DNA of 52,367 nt from assembly GCA_001873115.1 (NCBI GenBank), contig MNYK01000002.1, positions 1 to 52,367 on the forward strand, read 5' to 3'. Each line of letters begins with the position of its first letter. Within the stretch, counting starts at the first letter, position 1. Source of the DNA: Desulfobacterales bacterium CG2_30_60_27 (GTDB lineage Bacteria; Desulfobacterota; Desulfobulbia; Desulfobulbales; CG2-30-60-27). The position numbers were made by a program, and so were the translations under genes. Shown in pieces: positions 17,489 to 26,150 of the stretch. The notes under the pieces are model-generated. The model was not told the origin of the DNA. It saw only the letters and a list, made by a program, of their open reading frames with translations, and made no database searches.

Positions 17489-18406
17489 ATGCGATATTTT
17501 TTATGCATTATTTTAGTGATGTTTTGCTGGACTAGCGCATCGTCCCAGGCAACCGCCATTATCGACACCACCGGGCGCACCATCGAGGTGACTAAACCAT
17601 TCACCCGGATCATCTCACTGTACGGCGCCCACACTGAAAATCTCTTCAGCCTGGGGCTCGATACCGAGATCATCGGGGTCTCCAACAGTGAAGACTATCC
17701 TCCCAAGGCCCTTAAGAAAGAGACCTTCGATTACCGGGGCGACGCGGAGAAATTCCTGGCCGCCCGGCCAGACCTGGTGCTGGTCCGACCCATGATCGAG
17801 CGCAGCAATGCCAATCTGGTGGAAAAACTGCAACAGGCCGGGATCACCGTGGTCTCCCTGCAGCCAGCCAATATCGACGAGACCTTCGCCTACTGGCACA
17901 CCCTGGGGGTCCTGACCGGCCGGGAACAAGCCGCCGACAGTATGGTGCAACACTTCAAGGAAGAATATGCCAAGATCGAAAAGATCGTGACCGGTATTCC
18001 AGCCACGGCCCGGCAACGCGTATATTTCGAATCGATCCACGCCAAGATGAAGACCTTTACCCCAGAGAGCATGGCCATGTTCGCCCTTACCTCGGCCGGC
18101 GGGGTCAATATCGCCACGGATGCCGAGCAGGTGCGCAGCACCAATATCGCCGCCTACGGCAAGGAGCCCATCATGGCCAAGGCCGCAGAGATCGACGTCT
18201 TCCTGGCCCAGAAGGGGGCCATGAACATAATCGATATTGATACCATCGTCAGGGAGCCGGGGTTTGCCGCCATCAAGGCGGTGCGGGAGAACAAGGTGTA
18301 TCTGATCGACGAACGCCTGGTATCCCGCCCCACCATGCGATTGCTGGACGGGATGCACCAGATTGGCGAGTTGCTTTATCCGAATTATTTTAAAACCTCT
18401 AACTGA
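17489..18406 (+). CDS. periplasmic substrate-binding protein, cluster A (siderophore/haem/cobalamin type)
   Basis: Signal peptide MRYFLCIILVMFCWTSASSQA. Family-typical ..RIISLYGAHTENLFSLG.. and ..RPDLVLV.. motifs. Confidence 0.8.
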   Translation: MRYFLCIILVMFCWTSASSQATAIIDTTGRTIEVTKPFTRIISLYGAHTENLFSLGLDTEIIGVSNSEDYPPKALKKETFDYRGDAEKFLAARPDLVLVRPMIERSNANLVEKLQQAGITVVSLQPANIDETFAYWHTLGVLTGREQAADSMVQHFKEEYAKIEKIVTGIPATARQRVYFESIHAKMKTFTPESMAMFALTSAGGVNIATDAEQVRSTNIAAYGKEPIMAKAAEIDVFLAQKGAMNIIDIDTIVREPGFAAIKAVRENKVYLIDERLVSRPTMRLLDGMHQIGELLYPNYFKTSN

Positions 18407-18413
18407 GGACGAA

Positions 18414-19775
18414 GTGGAGCTAAAAACAAACAACATACGGGGCATCGTGATCGCCGGTACCCACTCCGGGGCCGGCAAAACCACGGTTACCCTGGGATTG
18501 ATGGCCGCCCTGCGCAAAAGGGGACTCATGGTGCAGCCCTTCAAGTGCGGGCCGGACTTCATCGACCCAACCCTGCACCAACTGGTCACCGGCAGACTCT
18601 CCCGCAATCTGGACCTGTGGATGAGCGGCATGCCCTTTGTGCGGCAATGCTTTGCCCGCCACAGCGCCGAGGCCGACATCGCGATAATCGAAGGGGTGAT
18701 GGGTTGTTTTGACGGCAACGAATCGAGCAGCGCTTCCCTGGCCAAGGCTCTGGGGTTGCCGGTGGTGCTGGTGGTGGATGTGCGCTCCATGGCTGAAAGC
18801 GTGGCTGCTCTGGTCAAGGGCTTTGAGGAGCTAGACCCGGATCTGCGCCTGGCCGGGGTTATCCTCAACCGGGTGGGCAGCCCCCACCATCTGGAATTGT
18901 TAACCGGCACCATCAAGGGCCATTGCCGGGCCGAGATCCTGGGCTACCTGCCCCGGGATACGGCCTTTAATATTCCAGAACACCATCTGGGTCTGCACAT
19001 GGGCAAGGAAGCGCCGATCAGTGATGAGAATCTCAACAGTTTGGCCGACACGGTGGCAGCCCATATCGACCTCGAACGGCTCCTGGCTCTGGCAACCAGC
19101 AGCCCGACCGTAGCGACGCCCGCCCCGTCCACCACAAAGCCCGAAAAATCCAGGGTACGCATCGGCGTGGCCCGTGACCCGGCCTTCTGTTTTTATTATG
19201 AGGATAACCTGGAGTTACTGACCAGGGCCGGGGCCGAGTTGGTGGCATTCAGCCCGCTCAGCGATGCGGCATTGCCCGGGGACATCGCCGGCATTTACCT
19301 GGGCGGCGGCTACCCGGAGCTTCATGCCGAAAAGCTGGCAAACAATATTGCCATGCGGGAGGCGATTCGCAACTGGTCACGGCATGGAAAACCGCTGTAT
19401 GCCGAATGCGGCGGCTTCATGTACCTCACCGAAGGGATCATCGCTCTGGATGACCGTTTTCATCCCATGGCCGGGGTCTATCCGGTAAAAGCGCGGATGA
19501 AAAAAGGCAGATCCAGCCTGGGCTACCGGGAAGCAACCATGACCGCGCCAACCCTTTTCGGTCCGGCCGGCACCGTCATGCGAGGCCACGAGTTTCATTA
19601 CTCGGAAATCGATCCCATGCCGAGGGAGATTAACCGGGCTTACCGACTGGCCGATGGTCAAGGTGAAGGTTACCTGATCAACAACACCCTGGGCGGCTAC
19701 CTGCATCTGTATTTCGGGTTTAATCCCCAGGCGGCAACCCAGTTTATCCGGAACTGCCAGGAGCAATGTTTATGA
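18414..19775 (+). CDS. cbiA: cobyrinate a,c-diamide synthase
   Basis: GTG 18414 (GAGGA upstream) is the only plausible start after the preceding stop. GTHSGAGKTTVT P-loop and the GATase ECGGFMYL motif. Confidence 0.85.
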   Translation: MELKTNNIRGIVIAGTHSGAGKTTVTLGLMAALRKRGLMVQPFKCGPDFIDPTLHQLVTGRLSRNLDLWMSGMPFVRQCFARHSAEADIAIIEGVMGCFDGNESSSASLAKALGLPVVLVVDVRSMAESVAALVKGFEELDPDLRLAGVILNRVGSPHHLELLTGTIKGHCRAEILGYLPRDTAFNIPEHHLGLHMGKEAPISDENLNSLADTVAAHIDLERLLALATSSPTVATPAPSTTKPEKSRVRIGVARDPAFCFYYEDNLELLTRAGAELVAFSPLSDAALPGDIAGIYLGGGYPELHAEKLANNIAMREAIRNWSRHGKPLYAECGGFMYLTEGIIALDDRFHPMAGVYPVKARMKKGRSSLGYREATMTAPTLFGPAGTVMRGHEFHYSEIDPMPREINRAYRLADGQGEGYLINNTLGGYLHLYFGFNPQAATQFIRNCQEQCL

Positions 19776-20407
19776 ATGTAATCCTGCAAAAGGTCAAACC
19801 CGAGGAGATTGAGGCCGAGAGCTTTCGCATCATCCAGTCGAAACTGGGCCCGACCGACTTCGATCCCGGCCAATTCGCCGTGGCCCGACGGGTAATCCAC
19901 GCCACCGGCGACTTTACCTTTGCCAAAAATATCTGTTTTCATCCCGAGGCAATTGCCGCCGGCATCCGGGCAATCCAAGGCGGCAAGAATGTGCTCACCG
20001 ACGTCAACATGGTGGCCGCTGGCATCAGTAAAGCCATACTGGGCCGCTGGGGTGGCAAGGTTTGCTGCCAGGTAGCCGGCCCAGAGGTGACGACCGAGGC
20101 CAGGGCCAAGGGGCTGACCCGCTCCGAGGTGGCCATTGCCCAGGCCGTTGCCCGGAACATTGGCATTGTCGCCATCGGCAACGCCCCCACCGCCCTGTTA
20201 AAAGTCATGGAGATGATTGACCAGGGGATATGGGCACCGGACCTGGTGATCGGCGTGCCGGTTGGTTTTGTCAATGCCGCCGAGTCCAAGGAGATCCTGG
20301 CCGGCAAAGAGTATCCCTTTATCACCACTTTAGGCCGCAAGGGCGGCAGCCCGGTGGCCGCGGCCATGGTCAATGCCCTGTTGCGGCTGGCAATGGAGAA
20401 CGAGTAG
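19766..20407 (+). CDS. cbiC: cobalt-precorrin-8 methylmutase
   Basis: 213 aa. RVIHATGDF.., ..GNAPTAL.. and ..KGGSPVAAAMVNAL motifs. Confidence 0.9.
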   Translation: MFMNVILQKVKPEEIEAESFRIIQSKLGPTDFDPGQFAVARRVIHATGDFTFAKNICFHPEAIAAGIRAIQGGKNVLTDVNMVAAGISKAILGRWGGKVCCQVAGPEVTTEARAKGLTRSEVAIAQAVARNIGIVAIGNAPTALLKVMEMIDQGIWAPDLVIGVPVGFVNAAESKEILAGKEYPFITTLGRKGGSPVAAAMVNALLRLAMENE

Positions 20408-21508
20408 ATGGCCAAACGGTTGCGTTCCGGCTATACCACCGGCGCCTGCGCGGCCGCGGCCGCCAAGGGTGCCACCCAGGCCCTGCTCTCCGGCCAGGCG
20501 CTGGCAACAGTGGAAATCCCCTTGCCGGACGCGAGCCGGGTGGAATTTGCACTCTGCCGCTGTGTTGTTGCCGAGCAGTGGGCCTTGGCCTCGGTGGTCA
20601 AGGATGCCGGTGACGACCTGGATGTGACTAACGGCGCCGAGATCGTCGCCACGGCTCGACGACTGGACAATCATCGGATCACTGGAAATTGCGTTCCGGT
20701 CAAAAATGATAAGCGGCTGATCATCTGCGGCGGCCAAGGCGTGGGCACGGTAACCAAGCCAGGACTGGCCGTACCGGTCGGCGAACCGGCGATTAATCCA
20801 GTACCGCGCCGGATGATTCAAGAGGCGGTTACCGAGGCCCTTGACCAGGAAAACGTCACCGATAGATTCGAGATCGTCATCTCGGTGCCGGCCGGCGAGG
20901 AACTGGCCAAGAAGACCCTGAACCAGCGCCTGGGCATTGTCAGTGGCCTGTCCATCCTCGGGACCACCGGCATTGTCCACCCGGTTTCAGCCGCGGCCTG
21001 GACCGCCACCATCGAGGCCTCCATGGCAGTGGCCCGGGCCGCCGGCATTACCGAGGTGGTGCTGTCCACCGGCCGCACCTCGGAACGGGGGGCGCAGCAA
21101 CTCCTTGCTCTACCCGAAGAGGCCTATGCCATGATGGGCGACTATCTGGAGTTTTCCCTGCGGGCGGCTGCCCGGCAAGGTTTCAAGAAAATCCATCTGG
21201 CCGGGATGTGGGCCAAGGTGATGAAGGCGGCCATGGGCATCCCCCAGACCCATGTCCGGCACGGCGCCTTGGAGGCCGCTGAAGCGGTGCGTTTTCTTGG
21301 CACCCTAGGGGTACAAGCCGAGGTGTTGGCAAACCTTGCGGGGGTCAACACGGCCCGGGAAATATATACCCGTTTGACCGGTATGGACAGGCAGGATATC
21401 ATCGCCGCCGTCTGCGGGGCGGCCAAGGAATTTGCCGAGCAAACCTCGGGACTGTTGGTCTCGGTATATCTGGTGGAAGCCAACACCAAGGTGGTGGCGA
21501 ATGTATAA
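20408..21508 (+). CDS. cbiD: cobalt-precorrin-5B (C1)-methyltransferase
   Basis: LRSGYTTGACAAAAAKGA N-terminus. 366 aa. Confidence 0.9.
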   Translation: MAKRLRSGYTTGACAAAAAKGATQALLSGQALATVEIPLPDASRVEFALCRCVVAEQWALASVVKDAGDDLDVTNGAEIVATARRLDNHRITGNCVPVKNDKRLIICGGQGVGTVTKPGLAVPVGEPAINPVPRRMIQEAVTEALDQENVTDRFEIVISVPAGEELAKKTLNQRLGIVSGLSILGTTGIVHPVSAAAWTATIEASMAVARAAGITEVVLSTGRTSERGAQQLLALPEEAYAMMGDYLEFSLRAAARQGFKKIHLAGMWAKVMKAAMGIPQTHVRHGALEAAEAVRFLGTLGVQAEVLANLAGVNTAREIYTRLTGMDRQDIIAAVCGAAKEFAEQTSGLLVSVYLVEANTKVVANV

Positions 21509-22715
21509 GATATTCCTGATCGGCGTACCCCCAGGTGACCAATTGGGCGCGGCGGAGCGCCATCTGGTCTCGGCTTGCGGCTGCGTGGTCAGCAGCGAAC
21601 GCTACCACCAACTGGCCGCCGAGTTGCATCATGACCTCCTGCCCATGACCCCGATCCAGGAGACCTTCGGAACCATCGAAGAACGCCTTGCAAGCATGGA
21701 CGTAGCAGTACTGGCCAGCGGTGATCCGCTGTTCTTTGGCATCGGCCGCACCCTGATCAACCGCTTTGGCCCTGAGCGGCTGGAGATCATCCCGGCCCTT
21801 TCCGCCATGCAGTACGCATGCGGCCGCTTCAAGGAGACGTGGGATGATGCCGTGCTCTTAAGCTTCCACGGCCGGCGTGACGATACTCTAGCCGCTCGAA
21901 TCATGAGACACGTCAAGGTCTTCTGCTTCACCGACCGGACCAACTCGCCAGCGGTCATTGCCCAGGCAGTTATCGACACCTGCCGGGCCATCGAGGATGA
22001 CGAACTTCTGGCCGCCTACACCGTCTGGGTGGGTGAAAATCTTGGGCAGGCGGATGAAAAGATCACCAGGGGAGGGCTGGCCGAGATTGCCCCTGGAGAG
22101 TTCAGCGATCTCAATGTCATGCTGCTGAGCAGACCGGTCCTGCAAGGAAGCGAGCCGATCTTCGGCTTACCGGAAAAGGAAATCAGCCACAGCCGGGGGT
22201 TGATCACCAAGGACGAGGTGCGGGCCGCCACCCTGCACCAGCTGCGCTTGCCGGCACAGGGAGTTTTCTGGGACATAGGCGCCGGCAGCGGGTCGATCTC
22301 CCTGGAGGCGGCGCGGCTCAACCCGGAACTCACAATCTATGCGGTGGAGCGCCACCCGGACGAACTGGCCAATATCCGCGCCAACTGCAGAAAATTCGGG
22401 GCGTACAATATCACCATCATTGCCGGCGTGGCACCCCAGGCCCTCTTCAACCTGCCAGACCCGGACCGCGTCTTTGTTGGCGGCGGCGGCGGCAACCTGG
22501 CCGGGATCATCGCGACCGTTGCCACCCGACTCAAGGATGACGGCAGGGTGGTGGTGAACGGGGTCATTGAGAAGACCCGAACAGCGGCGCCACGCCTGCT
22601 GCACGATCAGGGACTGCAGGTCAGCATCACTGAGATAACGATACGCCGCAGCAAGTATCCGGCCGGAGATCAAACAACCATGAATCCGATAGCCATTATG
22701 GTGGGGAAAAGATGA
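21501..22715 (+). CDS. cbiET: fused CbiE/CbiT: cobalt-precorrin-7 (C5)-methyltransferase / cobalt-precorrin-6B (C15)-methyltransferase, decarboxylating
   Basis: ATG 21501 overlaps the cbiD stop. The N-terminal half is a tetrapyrrole methylase fold (ASGDPLFFGIG). The C-terminal half is a class I SAM MTase (VFWDIGAGSGSISLEAA). Confidence 0.85.
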   Translation: MYKIFLIGVPPGDQLGAAERHLVSACGCVVSSERYHQLAAELHHDLLPMTPIQETFGTIEERLASMDVAVLASGDPLFFGIGRTLINRFGPERLEIIPALSAMQYACGRFKETWDDAVLLSFHGRRDDTLAARIMRHVKVFCFTDRTNSPAVIAQAVIDTCRAIEDDELLAAYTVWVGENLGQADEKITRGGLAEIAPGEFSDLNVMLLSRPVLQGSEPIFGLPEKEISHSRGLITKDEVRAATLHQLRLPAQGVFWDIGAGSGSISLEAARLNPELTIYAVERHPDELANIRANCRKFGAYNITIIAGVAPQALFNLPDPDRVFVGGGGGNLAGIIATVATRLKDDGRVVVNGVIEKTRTAAPRLLHDQGLQVSITEITIRRSKYPAGDQTTMNPIAIMVGKR

Positions 22716-23437
22716 GAGGACAGTTTTACGTAATCGGCGTGGGTCCGGGCGACCCCGAACTGCTGACCCTGAAGGCGGTGCGCCTCCTGGAAAAATGCCC
22801 GGTGTGGTTCGTGCCCAAGGCGCATCAAAACGGCGAGAGCACGGCGCTCTCCATCCTGGCCGGCACGGTTGCCACCCACGGCAAGGAGATCATGAAACTC
22901 CATTTTCCCATGAAGAAGATCAAGATGGGCGAAGAACCGGATGCTGAGGTACAAGCGGCCTGGCAGACCGCCTCCCGGGCCATCTTGCACAAACTCGACC
23001 AGGGCTGGGACGTCGCCTTTCCGACCCTGGGCGATCCAGCCATCTACTCCACCGGCTTCTACGTCTGCGACACTCTCCTCAAGGCCGCGCCCCAATTATC
23101 GATCTCCATTGTCCCAGGGGTTTCTTCCATCGGCGCCTCGGCGGCAGCCGCGGGCCAGCCCCTCTGCCTGGGCGACAACCGACTGGTGGTTATCCCGGCC
23201 ACCTTTGAAAACGGCCGCTTGCGCGAAACCCTGCAATCATTCGACACCGTAGTGCTCATGAAGGTGCACCGGGTGATGGACAAGGTGGTCACCCTGCTTA
23301 CCGAACTCGATCTGCTGGACAAGGCGGTGCTGGTGGAACGCTCCAGCCAGCGTGACCAGCGGGTACGGCGCGACCTGACCGTGGCGGCCAGGGAGGAACT
23401 CCACTACTTCTCCACCGTAATCGTGAGAAAGACATGA
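22712..23437 (+). CDS. cbiL: cobalt-factor II / precorrin-2 C20-methyltransferase
   Basis: FYVIGVGPGDPELLTLKA and TLGDPAIYST motifs. Assignment rests on operon position. Confidence 0.85.
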   Translation: MRGQFYVIGVGPGDPELLTLKAVRLLEKCPVWFVPKAHQNGESTALSILAGTVATHGKEIMKLHFPMKKIKMGEEPDAEVQAAWQTASRAILHKLDQGWDVAFPTLGDPAIYSTGFYVCDTLLKAAPQLSISIVPGVSSIGASAAAAGQPLCLGDNRLVVIPATFENGRLRETLQSFDTVVLMKVHRVMDKVVTLLTELDLLDKAVLVERSSQRDQRVRRDLTVAAREELHYFSTVIVRKT

Positions 23438-24207
23438 GCGAGATGCCTGCCGCCAATTCCATCCACTTCGTCGGCGCCGGGCCCGGCGACCCGGAACTGA
23501 TCACCGTCAAGGGGTGGCGCCTGCTGCGCGAGGCCGACCTGGTGATTTACGCCGGCAGCCTGGTGCCCAGGGCCCTGGTGGCCGACCTGGCCGCCGAGGT
23601 CCATGATTCCGCCCCCCTGCACCTGGATGAAATCATCTCCCTCATGGCCACCGCCTGGCAGGCCGGCAAAAAGGTGGTGCGCCTGCACACCGGCGATCCG
23701 GCCATCTACGGGGCCATCAAGGAACAGATGCGGGAACTGGACAAACAGACCATCCCCTACCGGGTGGTGCCGGGGGTCAGTTCTGCCACCGCCACCGCCG
23801 CCGCCCTGCAGGTAGAGCTTACCCTGCCCGAGGTATCGCAGACCGTGATCATCACCAGGCGGGCCGGACGCACCCCGGTGCCGGCGGGCCAGGACCTCGC
23901 GAGCCTGGCCGCGCACCAGGCCACCATGCTGATCCTGCTCAGCGTGGGCATGATCGACCAGGTGGTGGAGGATCTCCGCCAGGGCGGCTACCCGGCCGAT
24001 ACCCCGGTGGCAGTGGTGGAAAAGGTTTCCTGGCCCGAGGAACGGATCGTCACCGGCACCCTGGCCGACATCGCGGCCACGGTAAAGGGTGCCGGGATCA
24101 CCAAGACCGCGATTATCGCGGTGGGCAAGGTATTCGGCCAGGGTGACCTGGAAGCGGTTTCCAGACTTTACGACAAGGATTTTGCCCATGGCTACCGGCA
24201 GACCTGA
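23434..24207 (+). CDS. cbiF: cobalt-precorrin-4 C11-methyltransferase
   Basis: IHFVGAGPGDPELITVKG..VVRLHTGDPAIYGAI..VVPGVSS. Confidence 0.9.
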   Translation: MSEMPAANSIHFVGAGPGDPELITVKGWRLLREADLVIYAGSLVPRALVADLAAEVHDSAPLHLDEIISLMATAWQAGKKVVRLHTGDPAIYGAIKEQMRELDKQTIPYRVVPGVSSATATAAALQVELTLPEVSQTVIITRRAGRTPVPAGQDLASLAAHQATMLILLSVGMIDQVVEDLRQGGYPADTPVAVVEKVSWPEERIVTGTLADIAATVKGAGITKTAIIAVGKVFGQGDLEAVSRLYDKDFAHGYRQT

Positions 24208-25216
24208 GCCCAAACCGAGACGGATCGCCATCCTGGCGGTGACCGACGGCGGCCACAAGCTGGCGGCCTCTATTGCCAAAGCCCTGCCCAACGCCGCGGT
24301 AATCGTCGAGCGCACCGGACTCGCCCAACGGCTGTCCAGCCTGTGGCTGGAATACGACGGTTTTGTGTGCATCATGGCCGCCGGTATCGTGGCGCGGCTC
24401 ATCGCCCCACTGCTCAAGGGCAAAAAAACCGACCCCTGCGTGGTGGTGCTGGACGAGGCCGGCCGCTTCGTTGTCAGCCTCCTGTCCGGCCATTTAGGCG
24501 GCGGCAACAAACTGGCGCACCACATTGCCGCGATCACCGGAGGGCAAGCAGTAATCACCACCGCTTCGGACATTTCAGGCCACACCGCCCTCGACCTCTG
24601 GGCCCGGCAACAGGACCTGGTGGCGGAGGATGATCGTTTGCTGACCCAGGCCAGCGCCAGGTTGGTCAATCATGGCAGTCTGCGGCTCCATGCCGAGGTG
24701 ACGGTTCACAGCCTGCCGGAGGACTTCATCCTCGCCAACGGGCCGGATGACGCCGACTGCATTGTCTCGGCCCGGCTCGGCGGATGGCCGAAAAACATGC
24801 TCCTCCTGCGACCCAGAAACCTGGTGGTGGGAATCGGCTGCAACCGGGGCACCGGCCGGGAGCAGATCGAAGCGGCATTTAACGAGGCATTGGCGAACAA
24901 CAACATGTCCGAACTGGCGGTCCGCAACCTCGCCTCCATAGATTTAAAGAATGACGAGGAGGGTTTGCTGGCCTTTGCTGAAAGCCAGGGACTGGCCATC
25001 GATTTTTACGGAAAAGAGCAACTCAACGCCATCGCCGGCGTCAGTTGGTCGGAGGCAGTGCTGCGCGCCACCGGTGCGGTGGGCGTGGCTGAACCAGCAG
25101 CCCTGTGCAGCGCCGGCGGCGATAACCTCATAGTCAGGAAGATGAAATGCAAGGACGTCACCATAGCGATAGCCCGGGCACCCTTTACGTTGTCGGCACC
25201 GGCCCCGGAGGCCTGA
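24188..25216 (+). CDS. cbiG: cobalt-precorrin-5A hydrolase
   Basis: ATG 24188. IAILAVTDGG.., ..FVCIMAAGIVARLIAPLL..DPCVVVLDE.G.FVVSLLSGHLGG and the C-terminal CbiG domain. Confidence 0.85.
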   Translation: MATGRPEPKPRRIAILAVTDGGHKLAASIAKALPNAAVIVERTGLAQRLSSLWLEYDGFVCIMAAGIVARLIAPLLKGKKTDPCVVVLDEAGRFVVSLLSGHLGGGNKLAHHIAAITGGQAVITTASDISGHTALDLWARQQDLVAEDDRLLTQASARLVNHGSLRLHAEVTVHSLPEDFILANGPDDADCIVSARLGGWPKNMLLLRPRNLVVGIGCNRGTGREQIEAAFNEALANNNMSELAVRNLASIDLKNDEEGLLAFAESQGLAIDFYGKEQLNAIAGVSWSEAVLRATGAVGVAEPAALCSAGGDNLIVRKMKCKDVTIAIARAPFTLSAPAPEA

Positions 25217-25944
25217 AACATATCACCCCGGCGGCTCGCGAAGCACTGGCCGCCTCCGATGTCATCATCGGCTACCAGACCTATCTGGATTTGATCCCGG
25301 ATCTGCTGGCCGGCAAGGAGGTGATCTCCTCGCAGATGATGAAGGAGGTGGACCGCGGCCGCCAGGCCCTGGAAATGGTGGCGGCCGGCAAAACCGTGAG
25401 CCTGGTGTCCGGCGGCGACCCCGGCATCTACGCCATGGCCGGGCTGGTCTTCGAGATGGCCAGGGATCGGGGCGACAACATGCCCATCGAGGTCATTCCA
25501 GGCATTGCCGCCTTGAATAGCTGCGCCGCCCGACTGGGCGCGCCACTCATGCACGATTTCGCCGCCATCAGTCTCTCGGACCTGCTCACCCCCTGGCCGC
25601 TCATCGAAAAACGCCTGGCCGCCGCCGCGGCAGCCGACTTCGTCATCGTCCTCTACAATCCGAAATCCAAAAAACGGACCATGCATATCGGCAAGGCCCA
25701 AGAGATCATCCTCAACCACCGCGGACCAGAAACACCGGTGGGGATCGTAACCGGTGCCACCCGAGACAACGAAACCGTCACCCTGACCACCCTGGCCAAC
25801 ATGCTCGACGCCGAAATCACCATGCAGTCCTGTGTCATCATCGGTAATTCGTCAACCTTCACCTGGCATGACTTCATGGTGACCCCCAGGGGCTATGCCG
25901 GGAAATACACTCTTAAAAATGAAAAGTGCCGGGGCGACGAGTAA
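25147..25944 (+). CDS. cbiH: cobalt-precorrin-3B C17-methyltransferase
   Basis: LYVVGTGPGG.., ..VSGGDPGIYAMAG.., ..IPGIAALNS. The only in-frame start upstream of the conserved N-terminus is ATG 25147, which gives a 70-nt overlap with cbiG. Confidence 0.85.
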   Translation: MQGRHHSDSPGTLYVVGTGPGGLKHITPAAREALAASDVIIGYQTYLDLIPDLLAGKEVISSQMMKEVDRGRQALEMVAAGKTVSLVSGGDPGIYAMAGLVFEMARDRGDNMPIEVIPGIAALNSCAARLGAPLMHDFAAISLSDLLTPWPLIEKRLAAAAAADFVIVLYNPKSKKRTMHIGKAQEIILNHRGPETPVGIVTGATRDNETVTLTTLANMLDAEITMQSCVIIGNSSTFTWHDFMVTPRGYAGKYTLKNEKCRGDE

Positions 25945-26150
25945 TGAGTGCGTTTAAACAAACGACAGGAATGTTTCATAGGATTTTGCATAAAACCGCC
26001 GCCTGCTGGGCTGCCAGCCAGTTTTAGACCTCCCAATTTTAGCCCGGTACCAGGACCAGATTTTTGGGAGGTGTCAAACACTGGAAGTGCTATACTGAAA
26101 ACGGATAATAATTTGTTCGACATTACTACCTATCACGAAAGGAGGATGTA

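Noticed and set aside
26040-26150. CooA/CRP-type operator or a clear sigma70 promoter upstream of cooS (TGTCA...CGACA, TATACT).
   Set aside because: The TGTCA and CGACA half-sites are about 45 nt apart rather than forming a 16-bp palindrome. Spacing between candidate -35 and -10 hexamers is wrong (13 or 21 nt).
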